64,000 bases of DNA, taken from an uncultured Poribacteria bacterium (lineage in GTDB: Bacteria; Poribacteria; WGA-4E; WGA-3G). How positions within the stretch are numbered: position 1 is the first letter of the stretch; each line of letters opens with the position of its first letter. The notes beneath the pieces are model-generated. The model was not told the DNA's origin, searched no databases, and worked only from the letters and a program-made list of their open reading frames with translations. Positions 38,137 to 50,022 of the stretch are shown here, piece by piece. The stretch lies in contig OX638351.1 in assembly GCA_951813565.1 (NCBI GenBank), positions 192,001 to 256,000 on the forward strand, given 5' to 3'. The translations under genes were made by a program, and so were the position numbers.

Positions 38137-39594
38137 ATGAACCAACAAAAGCCAATCCTGAATTATATTAACAATGCATGGCACGAATCTGCGGCAGTCA
38201 ATCTACTTGATGTTACAAATCCAGCTACTGGTGAGGTTTTGACACAAGTCCCGTTGTCACCAGCTGATGAAGTGCATCAAGCTGCAGCTGTTGCCGCATC
38301 TGCCCTTGACGACTGGCGCCGCACCCCACCTGTCCAGCGTATTCAATACCTATTTAAATTAAAAAACCTTTTAGAAGAAAACATAGACGACATCGCACAA
38401 ACTATTACGATGGAGTGTGGGAAGACACTTGCCGAAGCGAAAGGCGAAATGCGGCGCGCTATAGAAAACGTTGAGGTCGCATGCGGCATTCCTACGTTGA
38501 TGCAAGGCACAAATTTGGAAGACATCGCTACCGGTATTGATGAATTTATGGTCCGTCAACCTGTCGGTGTCTGTGCGGTAATTGCCCCGTTCAATTTTCC
38601 TGGAATGATAACTTTCTGGTTTCTTCCGTATGCCATCGCTTGTGGGAATACCTACATTGTCAAACCATCTGAAAAAGTGCCGCTTACCATGCAGAAGATA
38701 TTCCAACTCCTTGAACAGACAGGACTTCCGCAAGGTGTTGTCAATCTCGTTAACGGTGGGCAGGAGACTGTGAATGCAATCTTGGAACACCCTGAGATCC
38801 GTGCTATCAGTTTTGTTGGGTCGACTGCTACTGCGAAAGCGATCTATGCTAAAGCTGCCGCGAATGGAAAGCGTGTTCAGTGTCAAGGTGGCGCGAAAAA
38901 TCCGTTGATTGTCTTACCAGATGCTGATCCGCAGTTTACTGTCAATGCTACTGCTGATAGTGCGTTTGGATGTGCTGGGCAGCGATGCCTCGCAGCATCC
39001 CTTGCTTTTGCTGTTGGAGGCGCACGGGATTGGTTTCCAAAAGCTATTAGCGACATTGCCACGGACAGAGTTGTAGGAAACGGATTAGAAGAAGGTGTGC
39101 AGATGGGACCCGTTATTACAGATGAAAGCAGGAAGCGAATTGAAGGAGTAATTCAGACAGGCATAGATGCCGGAGCAAGGGTTCTCGTTGATGGCAGATA
39201 TCCTAATATCCATGGTGGTGAAAACGGCAATTTCATTCGCCCGACCGTTCTTGGTAATATTGACCCGGATGGTGAGATTGCACAGACCGAAATCTTCGGT
39301 CCTGTTTTGGGACTTATCCATGTTGAAACGATTGACGATGCGATTGCACTTATCAACAGTGGCAGTTATGGTAATATGGCGTGTCTTTTTACAAGCAGCG
39401 GTGCATCTGCGCGCAAGTTTCGTTATGAAGCACAGATAGGGAACATCGGTATTAACATCGGTGTCGCTGCACCAATGGCGTTCTTCCCATTTAGCGGTTG
39501 GAAAGACAGCTTCTTTGGAGATTTGCACGGGCAGAGCTGGGATGCTGTTGATTTCTTCACGCAGAAAAAGGTTGTTGTAGAGAGATGGAATTAG
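38137..39594 (+). CDS. mmsA: CoA-acylating methylmalonate-semialdehyde dehydrogenase
   Basis: [39 protein letters not shown] and [13 protein letters not shown] motifs. Confidence 0.92.
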   Translation: MNQQKPILNYINNAWHESAAVNLLDVTNPATGEVLTQVPLSPADEVHQAAAVAASALDDWRRTPPVQRIQYLFKLKNLLEENIDDIAQTITMECGKTLAEAKGEMRRAIENVEVACGIPTLMQGTNLEDIATGIDEFMVRQPVGVCAVIAPFNFPGMITFWFLPYAIACGNTYIVKPSEKVPLTMQKIFQLLEQTGLPQGVVNLVNGGQETVNAILEHPEIRAISFVGSTATAKAIYAKAAANGKRVQCQGGAKNPLIVLPDADPQFTVNATADSAFGCAGQRCLAASLAFAVGGARDWFPKAISDIATDRVVGNGLEEGVQMGPVITDESRKRIEGVIQTGIDAGARVLVDGRYPNIHGGENGNFIRPTVLGNIDPDGEIAQTEIFGPVLGLIHVETIDDAIALINSGSYGNMACLFTSSGASARKFRYEAQIGNIGINIGVAAPMAFFPFSGWKDSFFGDLHGQSWDAVDFFTQKKVVVERWN

Positions 39595-39650
39595 CACACA
39601 ATAGAATGGTCAGCATTTACGTTTTGCATCATAACTTTGGAACCAACTAA

Positions 39651-39814
39651 TACCATTTCTGAATGATGACTTTTCATTAACAAAAACGTGTTTGTAGTCG
39701 CGCAATTCATTGCCAAATCAACGCCAAATACGCGTATGGTATTTGTCGCCTCGGACATTCAACATACGGCAAATTCAAATCTCTATAGTGCTATTTTATT
39801 TATCAGAATTGGTA
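39651..39814. mobile_element. MITE-like element containing a REP
   Basis: Ends TACCATTTCTGA / TCAGAATTGGTA; homologous copy at 62760-62872. Confidence 0.6.
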
Positions 39815-39819
39815 TAAAA

Positions 39820-40788
39820 ATGAAAGCAAGATCAAGCACATCACTACTCATCTCATTTGCTTTACATCTCATCGTTGGCGTAATTGGCTTCTTTTTTTGG
39901 TTTAACGTAGCGCCGAGTCGACATGCAGACAATATTGATGCGATTTTCACTACTGTGGAAGAACCGAAAACGAAGCGGATAACACCACCAAAACGCCAGC
40001 AAATTCGTAAACAAACAGAGCAGAGTACGAATCAACCGAACATGAAGATATTAACAAGCAACCAGCCTGTAACACACCGAGGTGTTGTGTCTGCTGCTGA
40101 ACCGACTGCGTTTGAACCTTTTGAAAAAGTCCATTTAGGTGAAGGTATCGCCCCTGGTCCCACTTCTATCAAACTCAAAGGTGTGCCCCGTATACAGAGA
40201 GGTGTTGAACGTCCTGTTAAGAAACAGCAGAAGGCTCCTGAACGTATTAAGAGTCGGTTGGTTAAGTTTATTGAGGCACAAGAGGGACCGCAACGAATTG
40301 TCTATTGTGTTGACCTGTCTGCCAGCATGCAGAACTTGGCAGATCGGAAACTTAAAAGGATTGTGGACACTATGCGAGATTCGCTGACGTTCCTTGAACC
40401 GCACGATAGTTTTAACATCGTTGCTTTTAGTACCGAATTAGTTGTCTATCAAGATAAGTTTGTGCCTGTGGCGGAAGATACAGTTGAAGTTTCCTCAGCG
40501 TATTTAGCAGACATTAAATCACATATTCGGACAAAAGGCACCGACCATGACATGCTTACAGTATTGACAGAGACTGCCAAATCAGCACCGACAATTGTTG
40601 TTCTTTTTAGCGATGGAATTCCGACGAGTATTACGACACCAGACCTTACGTTGGTAGGTGAACACGCAAAAGGTAACGGAAAGATTTTCGCGATGGGCAT
40701 CGGCATGGCACCAAATTTTCCCGGTGCGGTGATGCTAAAGCAGCTAAGTATTGTTAGTAAGGGAGATTTTTGGCTTGTTGATAGATAA
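39820..40788 (+). CDS. Membrane-anchored VWA-domain protein
   Basis: N-terminal TM (ISFALHL), MIDAS DLSASM, FNIVAFS and LFSDG motifs. Confidence 0.8.
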   Translation: MKARSSTSLLISFALHLIVGVIGFFFWFNVAPSRHADNIDAIFTTVEEPKTKRITPPKRQQIRKQTEQSTNQPNMKILTSNQPVTHRGVVSAAEPTAFEPFEKVHLGEGIAPGPTSIKLKGVPRIQRGVERPVKKQQKAPERIKSRLVKFIEAQEGPQRIVYCVDLSASMQNLADRKLKRIVDTMRDSLTFLEPHDSFNIVAFSTELVVYQDKFVPVAEDTVEVSSAYLADIKSHIRTKGTDHDMLTVLTETAKSAPTIVVLFSDGIPTSITTPDLTLVGEHAKGNGKIFAMGIGMAPNFPGAVMLKQLSIVSKGDFWLVDR

Positions 40789-40828
40789 AGTGTCAAGTTA
40801 GAAATGTTCAGCCAAAAAGGAAAACTGC

Positions 40829-42652
40829 ATGCAGGAAACCCGTTTTAAGCGTGCCGAAGAAATTTCTAAAGGTTTATTTCCACATCAAGTAGAAGGTATT
40901 GCATTTCTTTTGGGTCGCCGTCGTGCCCTTCTTGCCGATGATATGGGGTTAGGCAAAACTCGCCAGTCCATCATCGCAATGGTTGAGGCGGAACCGAAAG
41001 GCCCCTATCTTGTCATCTGTCCTGCCTCTATCAAACGTAATTGGGCACGCGAAATCGAAATCGTATTTCCAGATGCTGAACCAGCCATCGTTGGTCCTGC
41101 TCCACTCCCCTCCACAGATTATAGCGGTTGGGTTATCATCAATTATGAAATCCTCGGTAAAAATCTTGACAAACTGCTTGAATTTGACTGGAAGGGTGTT
41201 GTTTTTGACGAAGCTCACTACCTGAAAAATTATCAGAGTCAGCGGAGTCGTAACGGTGCTAAACTTGTTGAATCAATTGAGAATGATCCAGTAGTTCATG
41301 CCTTAACTGGCACCCCGATGACAAGTCGTCCCCGCGATCTTTTCCCCTTGTTGCAAATTCTGAACCATCCGCTTGGAAAGAGTTTTCTCAGTTTTGCTAA
41401 ACGTTATTGTGAAGCATATCAGGGAGATTTCGGGTTAGTGGCAGATGGTGCCAGTAATCTTGAGGAGTTAACCGTACAACTACACGGTGTTATGCTGCGC
41501 CGTACAAAAGATGAGGTGTTAGACCTTCCACCTAAAGTACGAACATGGATGGACGTTGAAATGCACCCTTTTGCAATCCAGCACTACAATCGATTAGTAC
41601 AAGAATTCTTATCTAAATTTGAGACTCCAGAAGCCATTGGTGGATTACCAGAATCTCTTGGTCTATCAGCAGAATCCCGCGAAGAATTAGATGAATCAAT
41701 AGATACTACGGATTTAGGAACTGGCATGGGTAGGATAACCCAAGTGCGCCGAGCAATCGCGTTTGTTAAGTGCCGCCACACTATTAAATTTGTGGAAAAT
41801 GCTTTGGAACAGGGTGAAAAGGTAATTATCTTCACATCGTTCCTCAATACGATGCAACGTTTCCGACAGCATTTCAAGGATAGAGCGGTTTATGTATCTG
41901 GTGAAGTGCCAGCGAACCAAAGACAGGACAGAGTTGATCGGTTTCAAAACGATGATAACATCAGATTATTTGTAGCCAACATGCACATCGCAGGAGTCGG
42001 TATAAATCTGACTGCTGCACGGCAGGTTGTGTTCAACGACTTGGATTGGGTTCCTGCTAACCATTGGCAAGCGGAGGATCGCGCTTACCGCATCGGGCAA
42101 ACCGGGACTGTCAACGTTACCTATATGATTGCGAATGGCACGGTAGATTCGTTTGTTAAGACAGTGTTAGAAACAAAAGCGGCATTGATGGACGCTATCG
42201 TTGAAGGCTCAATTATGGTGCCGGGTGGAGAGGCTGCGCTTCAGTTGGATGTTCTTAGTGAACTCAAACGAATGATGAATGCGTTGTCTGTTCAACCCAA
42301 TAAAATTGAGGAATCCAATATCCATGACGTGCTTCAAAAAGCAGGTGATGTATATCTTGAAGAGAACACCTCACATTTACAAGAAGCAACCCGTAAGCAA
42401 CTCCGTCCGTATTCTGAAGAAGCCATCCGTGTTTTAGCGCAAGTGCTCTCCGGTCCACAACGAACCGTATATCATGCCGAAAGTTCATCACAAAAGGGTA
42501 AGTTTTACACGTTGGAGGTAGTCGGAGCAGATATAACATGCGATTGTCCAGGATTTACCCATCGTGGTAGCTGCCGACATGTCCGCCCACTTAAATCTGC
42601 GCTTGTTGCTGGAAAACCTTTGCCTAAAGGTTATAAGGAAGTTTCATCTTAG
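40829..42652 (+). CDS. SNF2-family helicase with C-terminal SWIM zinc finger
   Basis: LADDMGLGKT, DEAH, LTGTP and QAEDRAYRIGQ motifs; C-terminal CDCPGF..RGSCRH. Confidence 0.9.
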   Translation: MQETRFKRAEEISKGLFPHQVEGIAFLLGRRRALLADDMGLGKTRQSIIAMVEAEPKGPYLVICPASIKRNWAREIEIVFPDAEPAIVGPAPLPSTDYSGWVIINYEILGKNLDKLLEFDWKGVVFDEAHYLKNYQSQRSRNGAKLVESIENDPVVHALTGTPMTSRPRDLFPLLQILNHPLGKSFLSFAKRYCEAYQGDFGLVADGASNLEELTVQLHGVMLRRTKDEVLDLPPKVRTWMDVEMHPFAIQHYNRLVQEFLSKFETPEAIGGLPESLGLSAESREELDESIDTTDLGTGMGRITQVRRAIAFVKCRHTIKFVENALEQGEKVIIFTSFLNTMQRFRQHFKDRAVYVSGEVPANQRQDRVDRFQNDDNIRLFVANMHIAGVGINLTAARQVVFNDLDWVPANHWQAEDRAYRIGQTGTVNVTYMIANGTVDSFVKTVLETKAALMDAIVEGSIMVPGGEAALQLDVLSELKRMMNALSVQPNKIEESNIHDVLQKAGDVYLEENTSHLQEATRKQLRPYSEEAIRVLAQVLSGPQRTVYHAESSSQKGKFYTLEVVGADITCDCPGFTHRGSCRHVRPLKSALVAGKPLPKGYKEVSS

Positions 42653-43346
42653 TGCCTCGTCAAGTGATAATTGATGGGTCTTGAAAGTAGTCGGGCATCG
42701 GAGTTCCCTCCTACCATAAGCGTTCCATCGGTAGGAACGATCTCCGAATCGTGACGGACAATAATATGTTGACAAAGCATTAGATGGATTTATGAATGTT
42801 TTTCAGTCGTTACGAGTTTTTGTCTGAATCTTGGATTTACATTGATAATGTGGATTAGGTAGTGTCGCGAGCTGGAGCTCGCTCCTACAGAATGTCCGAG
42901 GCGACAAATACCATAAGCGTATTTGGCAATGAATTGCGGGCCTACGAACATGTTTGTTCTTAGGAGTCAGTCTGGTGCGGTAATGAAACCGTACCATAGG
43001 CGTCAATTTAGGGGATAATTCCCGTCAAACCTTGTAGGGCCAAATCAACACCAAATGCGCTTTTTGGTATTTGGCGGGGTCTCTGTGTCCCGCCATTGCT
43101 GATGTATTCAAACAACAAGCGGGCACCAAATCAAGAAATCAACGGTATGAACGACATTTAGTCATTCACCGGGTCCGAATGCCTTTTGGCATTCCCCGGA
43201 CCCCGCCCTACAGTGGAAAACGCCGCGTAATCATTGCAAATTGAACCTTTGTAGCCAAATATTTACACACCCCTCATGTGAACACAATTTGTAATTTTGA
43301 TGTATTTATGCTACAATAGCATTATCATAAATCAAGGAGGCTAAAA

Positions 43347-43979
43347 ATGGCAAAGATTAATACACTTGTTTTTGCAGGTGGCGCAATTCATAATTGGAAA
43401 GGCTGCAGCGAAGAAATTGTGAAATCACTCTCACAGCGAGATGAATTTGAAATTACTACAGTTGAGGACGATCTCGACGCTCTGGTATCGCCGAACTTAG
43501 ATCCGTACGATCTCATCGTTTTCTATTATACGGTCGGTGAAATTTCGGATGCCCAGAAAAATGGGTTGCTAAACTATGTCGCTTCAGGAAAAGGTTATGT
43601 CGGCATACATTCAGCTGCCGATTCTTTCCGCGGATGCCCAGAATATCGTTCAATGGTCGGTGGATACTTTACAACACATCCACGTTATCGTGACTATCAG
43701 GTCAGTATTGTGGATAATGAACACGAAATCACGCAGGGTCTTGACGAATTCGTCGTGACAGATGAACAGTATATTCTCGATTATGACCCGCGTAATCATG
43801 TGCTTGCTTCAGCATTGTGGAAAGGCGAAGCGATGCCTGTTGCTTGGACTAAGAATTGGGGTGAAGGTAAAGTTTTCTATCTTGCACTCGGACACGACCC
43901 AGCAGCATGTCAGCATGAGAAGTTCAGTACTCTTCTTCAGCGTGGTGCGCTTTGGGCAGGTGCTAACGGTGGAGAATAA
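43347..43979 (+). CDS. ThuA-like domain protein
   Basis: GKGYVGIHSA, HP...DEQY and WGEGKVFYLALGH motifs. Confidence 0.85.
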   Translation: MAKINTLVFAGGAIHNWKGCSEEIVKSLSQRDEFEITTVEDDLDALVSPNLDPYDLIVFYYTVGEISDAQKNGLLNYVASGKGYVGIHSAADSFRGCPEYRSMVGGYFTTHPRYRDYQVSIVDNEHEITQGLDEFVVTDEQYILDYDPRNHVLASALWKGEAMPVAWTKNWGEGKVFYLALGHDPAACQHEKFSTLLQRGALWAGANGGE

Positions 43980-44349
43980 ATATTGTTATCTCCACAAGTC
44001 TCAGTCTATCTAATTAAAAACCTGTTAGCAAAATAGATGTATAGGCGGTTCATATCCGTCTATACATTATGCAAATACCAGCGAAAACTCAGCAGTGCTT
44101 CCTAATATGAACGTGAGTTTGATAATATAATTCAATAATCACTGTAGGTTGGGTAGAACGGGATATACAATAAAATCCGACATAAAAGCGTGATTTATTT
44201 TCCATTTAATGCCGAAATTCCAGAGAAGTGAGTGAAACCCAACTCTTAATTACTTCCAAGACGGTTGCCTTGTTGGGTTTCGCTTCGCTCTACCCAACGG
44301 ACATCTACACATAATATCACAAATACCCAGCAGTGCTTCCAAATACAAG

Positions 44350-44973
44350 ATGAAGCAGAAAATCACCGATATTCAGTCACATAGTCAATTTCCTTCACAC
44401 TACCAACTCTTTTTAGACAACAAACCTTTTGTCATAATACCCACTAATCTTGTTGAAAAATTAGGTCTGCGGATCGGTTTAGAAATTGAATCGCAGACTA
44501 TTGAAAAGCTTATCGCAGCAGACGAAGCGATGCGTGCTAAAAATTATGCACTCGGTTTACTACGTGAGAACATTTACAGCAAAACCCAAATGACGCAGCA
44601 GCTTGAACGAGAAGGGTTTAGAGAACAAACAATAAATATAATCATCACGGAATTGATTAATTCAGGGCATATTCGAGACCGGCTATTCGCTGAGAAATGG
44701 ATACAACGGCGGCAGAAGTCAAATCCCCGCGGACGAACGGTGCTAAAACAGGAACTCATTGACAAAGGGGTTGACCCACAGACAGCGGAACAGGTTTTAA
44801 CTGAAGTTAAGACTGAGGACGAGGCAAGGTCAGCACTGCAAATTGCCCAAAAACGTGTGAAACATTATAAACGTTTGCCAATTCATGTGGCAAAACGGAG
44901 ATTACACGGTTTTCTGGCACGCCGTGGGTTTGAATCAGAAATTATCTTACAAGTGATTGAAAATGTTTTATAA
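44350..44973 (+). CDS. recX: Regulatory protein RecX
   Basis: PRGRTVLKQELIDKGV and FLARRGF motifs; located upstream of alaS. Confidence 0.85.
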   Translation: MKQKITDIQSHSQFPSHYQLFLDNKPFVIIPTNLVEKLGLRIGLEIESQTIEKLIAADEAMRAKNYALGLLRENIYSKTQMTQQLEREGFREQTINIIITELINSGHIRDRLFAEKWIQRRQKSNPRGRTVLKQELIDKGVDPQTAEQVLTEVKTEDEARSALQIAQKRVKHYKRLPIHVAKRRLHGFLARRGFESEIILQVIENVL

Positions 44974-45062
44974 TTCGCAATTGAACAATATGCAATTATT
45001 TTGCCTTGACTTCTTGCGTAAAAATAAACTATAATTGGGTTTATACGGGAGCGGGTTAAAAT

Positions 45063-47723
45063 ATGACATCAGATGAAATCAGAGCAAGTTTTTTAGAATA
45101 TTTCCAAAAAAAAGGACACACAGTTGTCCCGAGTGCTTCGTTAATTCCTGTTGATGATCCAACGTTGTTGTTTACAAATGCGGGTATGAATCAATTCAAG
45201 GATGTCTTCCTTGGAATTGGACAACGGGAATATACAAGAGCGGTAGACACACAGAAATGTCTGCGAGTCAGTGGGAAACACAACGACCTGGAAGAGGTAG
45301 GACATTCACCGAGTCACCACACGTTCTTTGAGATGCTCGGAAATTGGTCATTCGGAGATTACTATAAACAGGAAGCTATTGCATTCGCATGGGAATTAGC
45401 AACGGAGTTGTGGAAAATTCCGGCAGAGCTGCTCTGGGCAACGGTGTACATTGAAGACGATGATGCAGAAAAACTTTGGCTTCAAGAGACTAACCTGCCG
45501 CTTGACCGTATTCGCCGTTGTGATAAAGACAACTTTTGGGAAATGGGTGAGACCGGTCCCTGTGGTCCGTGTAGTGAACTTTTTATTGATTTAGGGGTTG
45601 AAGCATTTCCTGAAACTGCAAACGACCCCGACGCTGGTCCTAACACAAGTGATAGATTCTTAGAATTTTGGAATCTGGTTTTTATTCAATACAATCGGGA
45701 CCAGGATGGGACACTTGAACCTCTTCCTGCTACTCACGTAGATACGGGCATGGGGTTTGAGAGAATCGCCTCAATACTACAAGGAGTTGATTCAAACTAC
45801 AAGACAGACTTGTTTACGCCGCTTCTGGATACGATTTCGGATATGACTGAGACTGCCTACTCACACGACATCAGTGGGCTACCACACCGCGTAATCGCTG
45901 ACCATATCCGATGTTTAACGTTCGCCATTGGAGATGGCGTAATGCCGTCTAACGATGGACGGGGATATGTCATCCGTCGAATTCTGCGGCGTGCTGTGTT
46001 ATATGGCAAAAAATTGGAGATGGACGAACCGTTCATTTATCGCCTTGTTGATAAAGTCGTTGCGTTGCTTGGTGATGTTTTTCCAGATGTTTTGCCACGA
46101 CAGGAGTTTATCACACGCACTATTCAGGCTGAGGAGAATCGTTTTCATCAAACACTTGCACGCGGGTTAGAGATGCTTGGACAGTCAATTGACACACTCA
46201 AAGCGGAAGGTGAAACCCAACTTGATGGCAAACGTGCATTTGAGTTATATGATACATTCGGATTTCCACTTGATCTAACACAACTTTTGACGCGCGAAGA
46301 AGGTTTCACTGTTGATGAAGTCGGTTTTGAAGGCAGCATGGCGGAACAACGCGCACGCGGGCGCGCTGCATGGCAAGCAACAGGTAGTGGTGCGAAAGAC
46401 GATGAAATCGCTGTTTACGCAGAAGTGCTTAAAGAGACTGGTAGCACAGGATTCGTTGGGTATACTGAACACACCGTTGATGCAGAAATTGTAGCACTGA
46501 TTGCAGGAACAGAATCTGTTGCAAGAGCAAAGCAAGATGATGAGGTATCAGTCTTACTCAATCGTACACCATTTTACGGCGAATCAGGGGGACAGATTGG
46601 CGATGTGGGGACACTTGAAAGCGATGGAGCGAAACTTGCTGTGCTTGACACGATAAAACCTTCTCCTGATCTGTTCGTGCATAAGTGCAAAGTCATTGAA
46701 GGTGAGATTACGCCTTTTACCAAAGTTAAGGCACAAATTGACAGCGCACGTCGTAGTTCTATAGCAGTGAGCCACACCGCAACCCATCTGCTTCATAGTG
46801 GATTGCGAAACATTCTCGGAACGCATGTTGCACAAGCAGGATCACTCGTTCAAGCAGGAAGATTACGATTTGATTTTAACCATTATGAAGCCGTTTCATC
46901 GGCGCAACTGCGTGAAATTGAAACATACATCAACGAGAAGATTCGTCAAAATGACACGCTTGACATTAGCGAAATGCCGTTGGATCAAGCAAAAGAAAAG
47001 GGTGCTTTAGCCTTCTTCGGTGATAAATATGGTGATATTGTGCGTGTAGTGAAAGCAGGTGAATATAGCGTAGAATTATGTGGCGGCACACACGTTGAAG
47101 CAACGGGAGAATTAGGTTACGTCAAATTGATGAGTGAAAGTAGTATCGCCGCAGGTGTGCGTCGTGTTGAAGCGCTCACTGGCAGTGCTGCTGTTACAAC
47201 TATTCAGGATGACGAGGAACTGCTTGCAGATGTTGCCAATTTGCTGAAAACGCCAAAAACCGGTTTGTCTGAAAGAATTGAACAACTGCTTCAGGAACAA
47301 CGAGAATTGGAACAGCAAATTCAAAAACTGAAAAGCCAGAACGCACTCTCGAACATTGATACATTAGTTGATGGTGCTACGCTTGTTGAAGGTGTGAAGG
47401 TTGTCGCTTCACGGATAGACAAAACTGAGAGAGATAGTTTGCGGCAGATGGTGGACGCGCTTAAAAATCAACTGAAATCTGGTGTTGTTGCCCTCGCTTC
47501 AGTTACAGGAAATGACGCAGCCTTTATTGTTGGTGTAACATCTGATCTTGTAACAGATAGCGGTTTGCATGCTGGCAAACTCATACAAGCGATAACCGAA
47601 ATTGCTGATGGGCGCGGCGGTGGTCGTCCGGAATTGGCACAAGGCGGCGGTCGAAACCTTGGTAAAGTAGACGCAGCGATTGCTGCGACTACTCAAATTA
47701 TTGAAAACCAACTACAACAGTAA
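45063..47723 (+). CDS. alaS: Alanine--tRNA ligase
   Basis: DPTLLFTNAGM, HHTFFEMLGN, DTGMGFER, HTATHLLH, ELCGGTHV and GGGRP motifs. Confidence 0.98.
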   Translation: MTSDEIRASFLEYFQKKGHTVVPSASLIPVDDPTLLFTNAGMNQFKDVFLGIGQREYTRAVDTQKCLRVSGKHNDLEEVGHSPSHHTFFEMLGNWSFGDYYKQEAIAFAWELATELWKIPAELLWATVYIEDDDAEKLWLQETNLPLDRIRRCDKDNFWEMGETGPCGPCSELFIDLGVEAFPETANDPDAGPNTSDRFLEFWNLVFIQYNRDQDGTLEPLPATHVDTGMGFERIASILQGVDSNYKTDLFTPLLDTISDMTETAYSHDISGLPHRVIADHIRCLTFAIGDGVMPSNDGRGYVIRRILRRAVLYGKKLEMDEPFIYRLVDKVVALLGDVFPDVLPRQEFITRTIQAEENRFHQTLARGLEMLGQSIDTLKAEGETQLDGKRAFELYDTFGFPLDLTQLLTREEGFTVDEVGFEGSMAEQRARGRAAWQATGSGAKDDEIAVYAEVLKETGSTGFVGYTEHTVDAEIVALIAGTESVARAKQDDEVSVLLNRTPFYGESGGQIGDVGTLESDGAKLAVLDTIKPSPDLFVHKCKVIEGEITPFTKVKAQIDSARRSSIAVSHTATHLLHSGLRNILGTHVAQAGSLVQAGRLRFDFNHYEAVSSAQLREIETYINEKIRQNDTLDISEMPLDQAKEKGALAFFGDKYGDIVRVVKAGEYSVELCGGTHVEATGELGYVKLMSESSIAAGVRRVEALTGSAAVTTIQDDEELLADVANLLKTPKTGLSERIEQLLQEQRELEQQIQKLKSQNALSNIDTLVDGATLVEGVKVVASRIDKTERDSLRQMVDALKNQLKSGVVALASVTGNDAAFIVGVTSDLVTDSGLHAGKLIQAITEIADGRGGGRPELAQGGGRNLGKVDAAIAATTQIIENQLQQ

Positions 47724-47798
47724 TATGAACTTGCGTTTGAAATTGGTTCATCTTTGTAACCATTTTGCGAACGCGTAAGAATAGGGAAGATAAAACAC

Positions 47799-48431
47799 AT
47801 GGAATGGAGTTTTATTGTTTCAATTTTTTGGAAATGCAGTCTTGGTGTAGCGCTAATTGCTTTAACTATTTTAATTGGCTATTTATGTGCAACACTCGGT
47901 AGTTTAAGAAATTCTCTAAGTAGTATTCAGAACACGCTTAATTCTACAGAAAACCTCGTCAATCAAGAAGTTGGAATACTCATAACAGACGTTAGTCAAA
48001 CTGTGAAAGAGATCAACAAAGAGTTGCCTCAACTGCTACAAAATATCAACGGTGTTACAGCATCAATACAGCAGATTAGCGAAAATGAGGTGCAACCTAC
48101 TTTACATAACGTGCAAGAATTGACGGAAACGTTGAATCAAAGTGTGCAGGAACTTGAGTTACTTGTAGAAAAAGTATCTACTTTTTCAGGTCAAACCATT
48201 GAACAAGCAGCGTATTTCCGTAATCAAGTCGCGGTCTCACTTGCAGATATTGTGAGCATGTGGCATGGGTTAAAAGCAGGCTGGGACAGACTTTATAAAT
48301 CATCTCATTCAAATGGCGCAACTCAACCTAATGCTGAAAACAATGAATCTCAACCGACTGTAGAATCTGTACAAAATGACGAAGCGGAAACGGAAACTCC
48401 GATGGATCAATCTGAAGTCGTTGTTGAGTAG
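47799..48431 (+). CDS. DUF948-like membrane/coiled-coil protein
   Basis: N-terminal TM helix followed by a helical coiled coil; precedes a YtxH-like gene. Confidence 0.55.
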   Translation: MEWSFIVSIFWKCSLGVALIALTILIGYLCATLGSLRNSLSSIQNTLNSTENLVNQEVGILITDVSQTVKEINKELPQLLQNINGVTASIQQISENEVQPTLHNVQELTETLNQSVQELELLVEKVSTFSGQTIEQAAYFRNQVAVSLADIVSMWHGLKAGWDRLYKSSHSNGATQPNAENNESQPTVESVQNDEAETETPMDQSEVVVE

Positions 48432-48647
48432 TAAATTTGGGGCACTTTTGGAAATTAACTGTTTCATTAGAATGTTGCTCAACATGCATGTCGGTAAAAA
48501 ATTGAAAAAAGATTGACGAATATCCACTTAATTGAAAAGAAATATCTGAAATAAACGTATATACTAAAGGAATGAACAATTTCATCCTAACGTGGTAAGT
48601 CAACATTATATTAACGACTTACACTTATATATAGAAAGGATAAACTC

Positions 48648-49058
48648 ATGAGTAACGATGGACGTAACAATGGATTGACAATGATTTTTGCTTTTTGCAC
48701 CGGTTTTTTGACAGGTGCGGTAATTAGTCTACTCTATGCGCCAGCACCTGGTAAAGAGACTCGACAGAAAATCCGAGATACTTCTGCTCAGGCAAAAGAT
48801 AAGACACTGGAATTCGCTCAACATGCTGGTGATGCAGCAAAAGAAAATGTGCAGCACATAGTGGATCAAGGGAAGGAAAGTGTACAAGGACTCGTTGAAG
48901 TCGGCAAAGAACGTGTTAAAGATGCAACGAGTCAGGTAAAATCCGCAGTTGAAACTGGAAAAAAAGTTTCTTCCGAAGTGCGAAGTAAAATCACTGATAC
49001 GATTCCTGGACTTAACAATGATAAGAAATCTGGTAAGAAATCAACTGAAGAAGCATAA
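48648..49058 (+). CDS. YtxH-domain protein
   Basis: GAVISLLYAPAPGKETRQKI motif. Confidence 0.85.
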   Translation: MSNDGRNNGLTMIFAFCTGFLTGAVISLLYAPAPGKETRQKIRDTSAQAKDKTLEFAQHAGDAAKENVQHIVDQGKESVQGLVEVGKERVKDATSQVKSAVETGKKVSSEVRSKITDTIPGLNNDKKSGKKSTEEA

Positions 49059-49142
49059 TATGCACATTTCTGAAGTTGTAGATACCACTTTTACTTGTCT
49101 GTAGCGGAATTTCTAACACACTATTACATTCATTTCAACGGT

Positions 49143-49889
49143 ATGGAAGTTGAAAAATTAAGAACTCTCCTTGAGAAGGTCAAAAGTGGGGAGATTGAGG
49201 TCAGTGATGCACTTCAATCTCTCCGCACCCTCCCTTTTGAAGACCTCGGTTTTTCTAAAATTGACCACCATAGACAACTTCGGACCGGTTTTCCTGAAGT
49301 CATCTTCTGCGAAGGGAAAACTGATGCCCAAGTTGCGAAAATCAGCGAACATATCCTCAATGCTGGACACCCACTTCTGGCAACGCGCGCTACACCCTCA
49401 ATGTCCGAAGCAGTCAAAGCACTCCATCCCGAAGCACGTTATAACGAACTCGGACGAACAATTTCAGTTTTGCAATCTGATGTAGAAGGTAAGACGGGAG
49501 TTTTGATTATTTCTGCTGGCACTTCTGATTTACCTGTAGCTGAAGAAGCTGCTGAAACCGCATATATGATGGGCAATTCACCTGAACGTCTTTATGACGT
49601 TGGGGTCGCCGGATTACATAGACTAATAAGTAATCACGAAAAACTTCTGAATGCGCGTGTTATTGTCGTAGTTGCAGGTATGGAAGGGGCATTACCGAGC
49701 GTTGTTGGTGGTTTAGTTAATTGTCCTGTCATCGCTGTGCCAACAAGCGTTGGATACGGTGCCAGTTTCGGCGGACTCGCGGCGCTGCTTGGTATGCTAA
49801 ACAGTTGTGCCTCTGGTGTTACTGTTGTCAACATTGATAACGGGTTTGGTGCTGGCTATAGTGCTGCGCTTATTAATCGGTTGTCATAA
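49143..49889 (+). CDS. larB: Nickel-pincer cofactor biosynthesis protein LarB (PurE-like)
   Basis: [40 protein letters not shown] and [10 protein letters not shown] motifs. Confidence 0.9.
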   Translation: MEVEKLRTLLEKVKSGEIEVSDALQSLRTLPFEDLGFSKIDHHRQLRTGFPEVIFCEGKTDAQVAKISEHILNAGHPLLATRATPSMSEAVKALHPEARYNELGRTISVLQSDVEGKTGVLIISAGTSDLPVAEEAAETAYMMGNSPERLYDVGVAGLHRLISNHEKLLNARVIVVVAGMEGALPSVVGGLVNCPVIAVPTSVGYGASFGGLAALLGMLNSCASGVTVVNIDNGFGAGYSAALINRLS

Positions 49890-50022
49890 TCCAATGCTTT
49901 CTTCCTGTGAATCAACGCTGAATGCGCTTATGGCATTCAGCGGGAGCGAGCTCCAGCCCGCGACTTTTATTTATTAACGCACTGTACATGATGTTTCACA
50001 TCAATTAGTGAATGGGAACACA

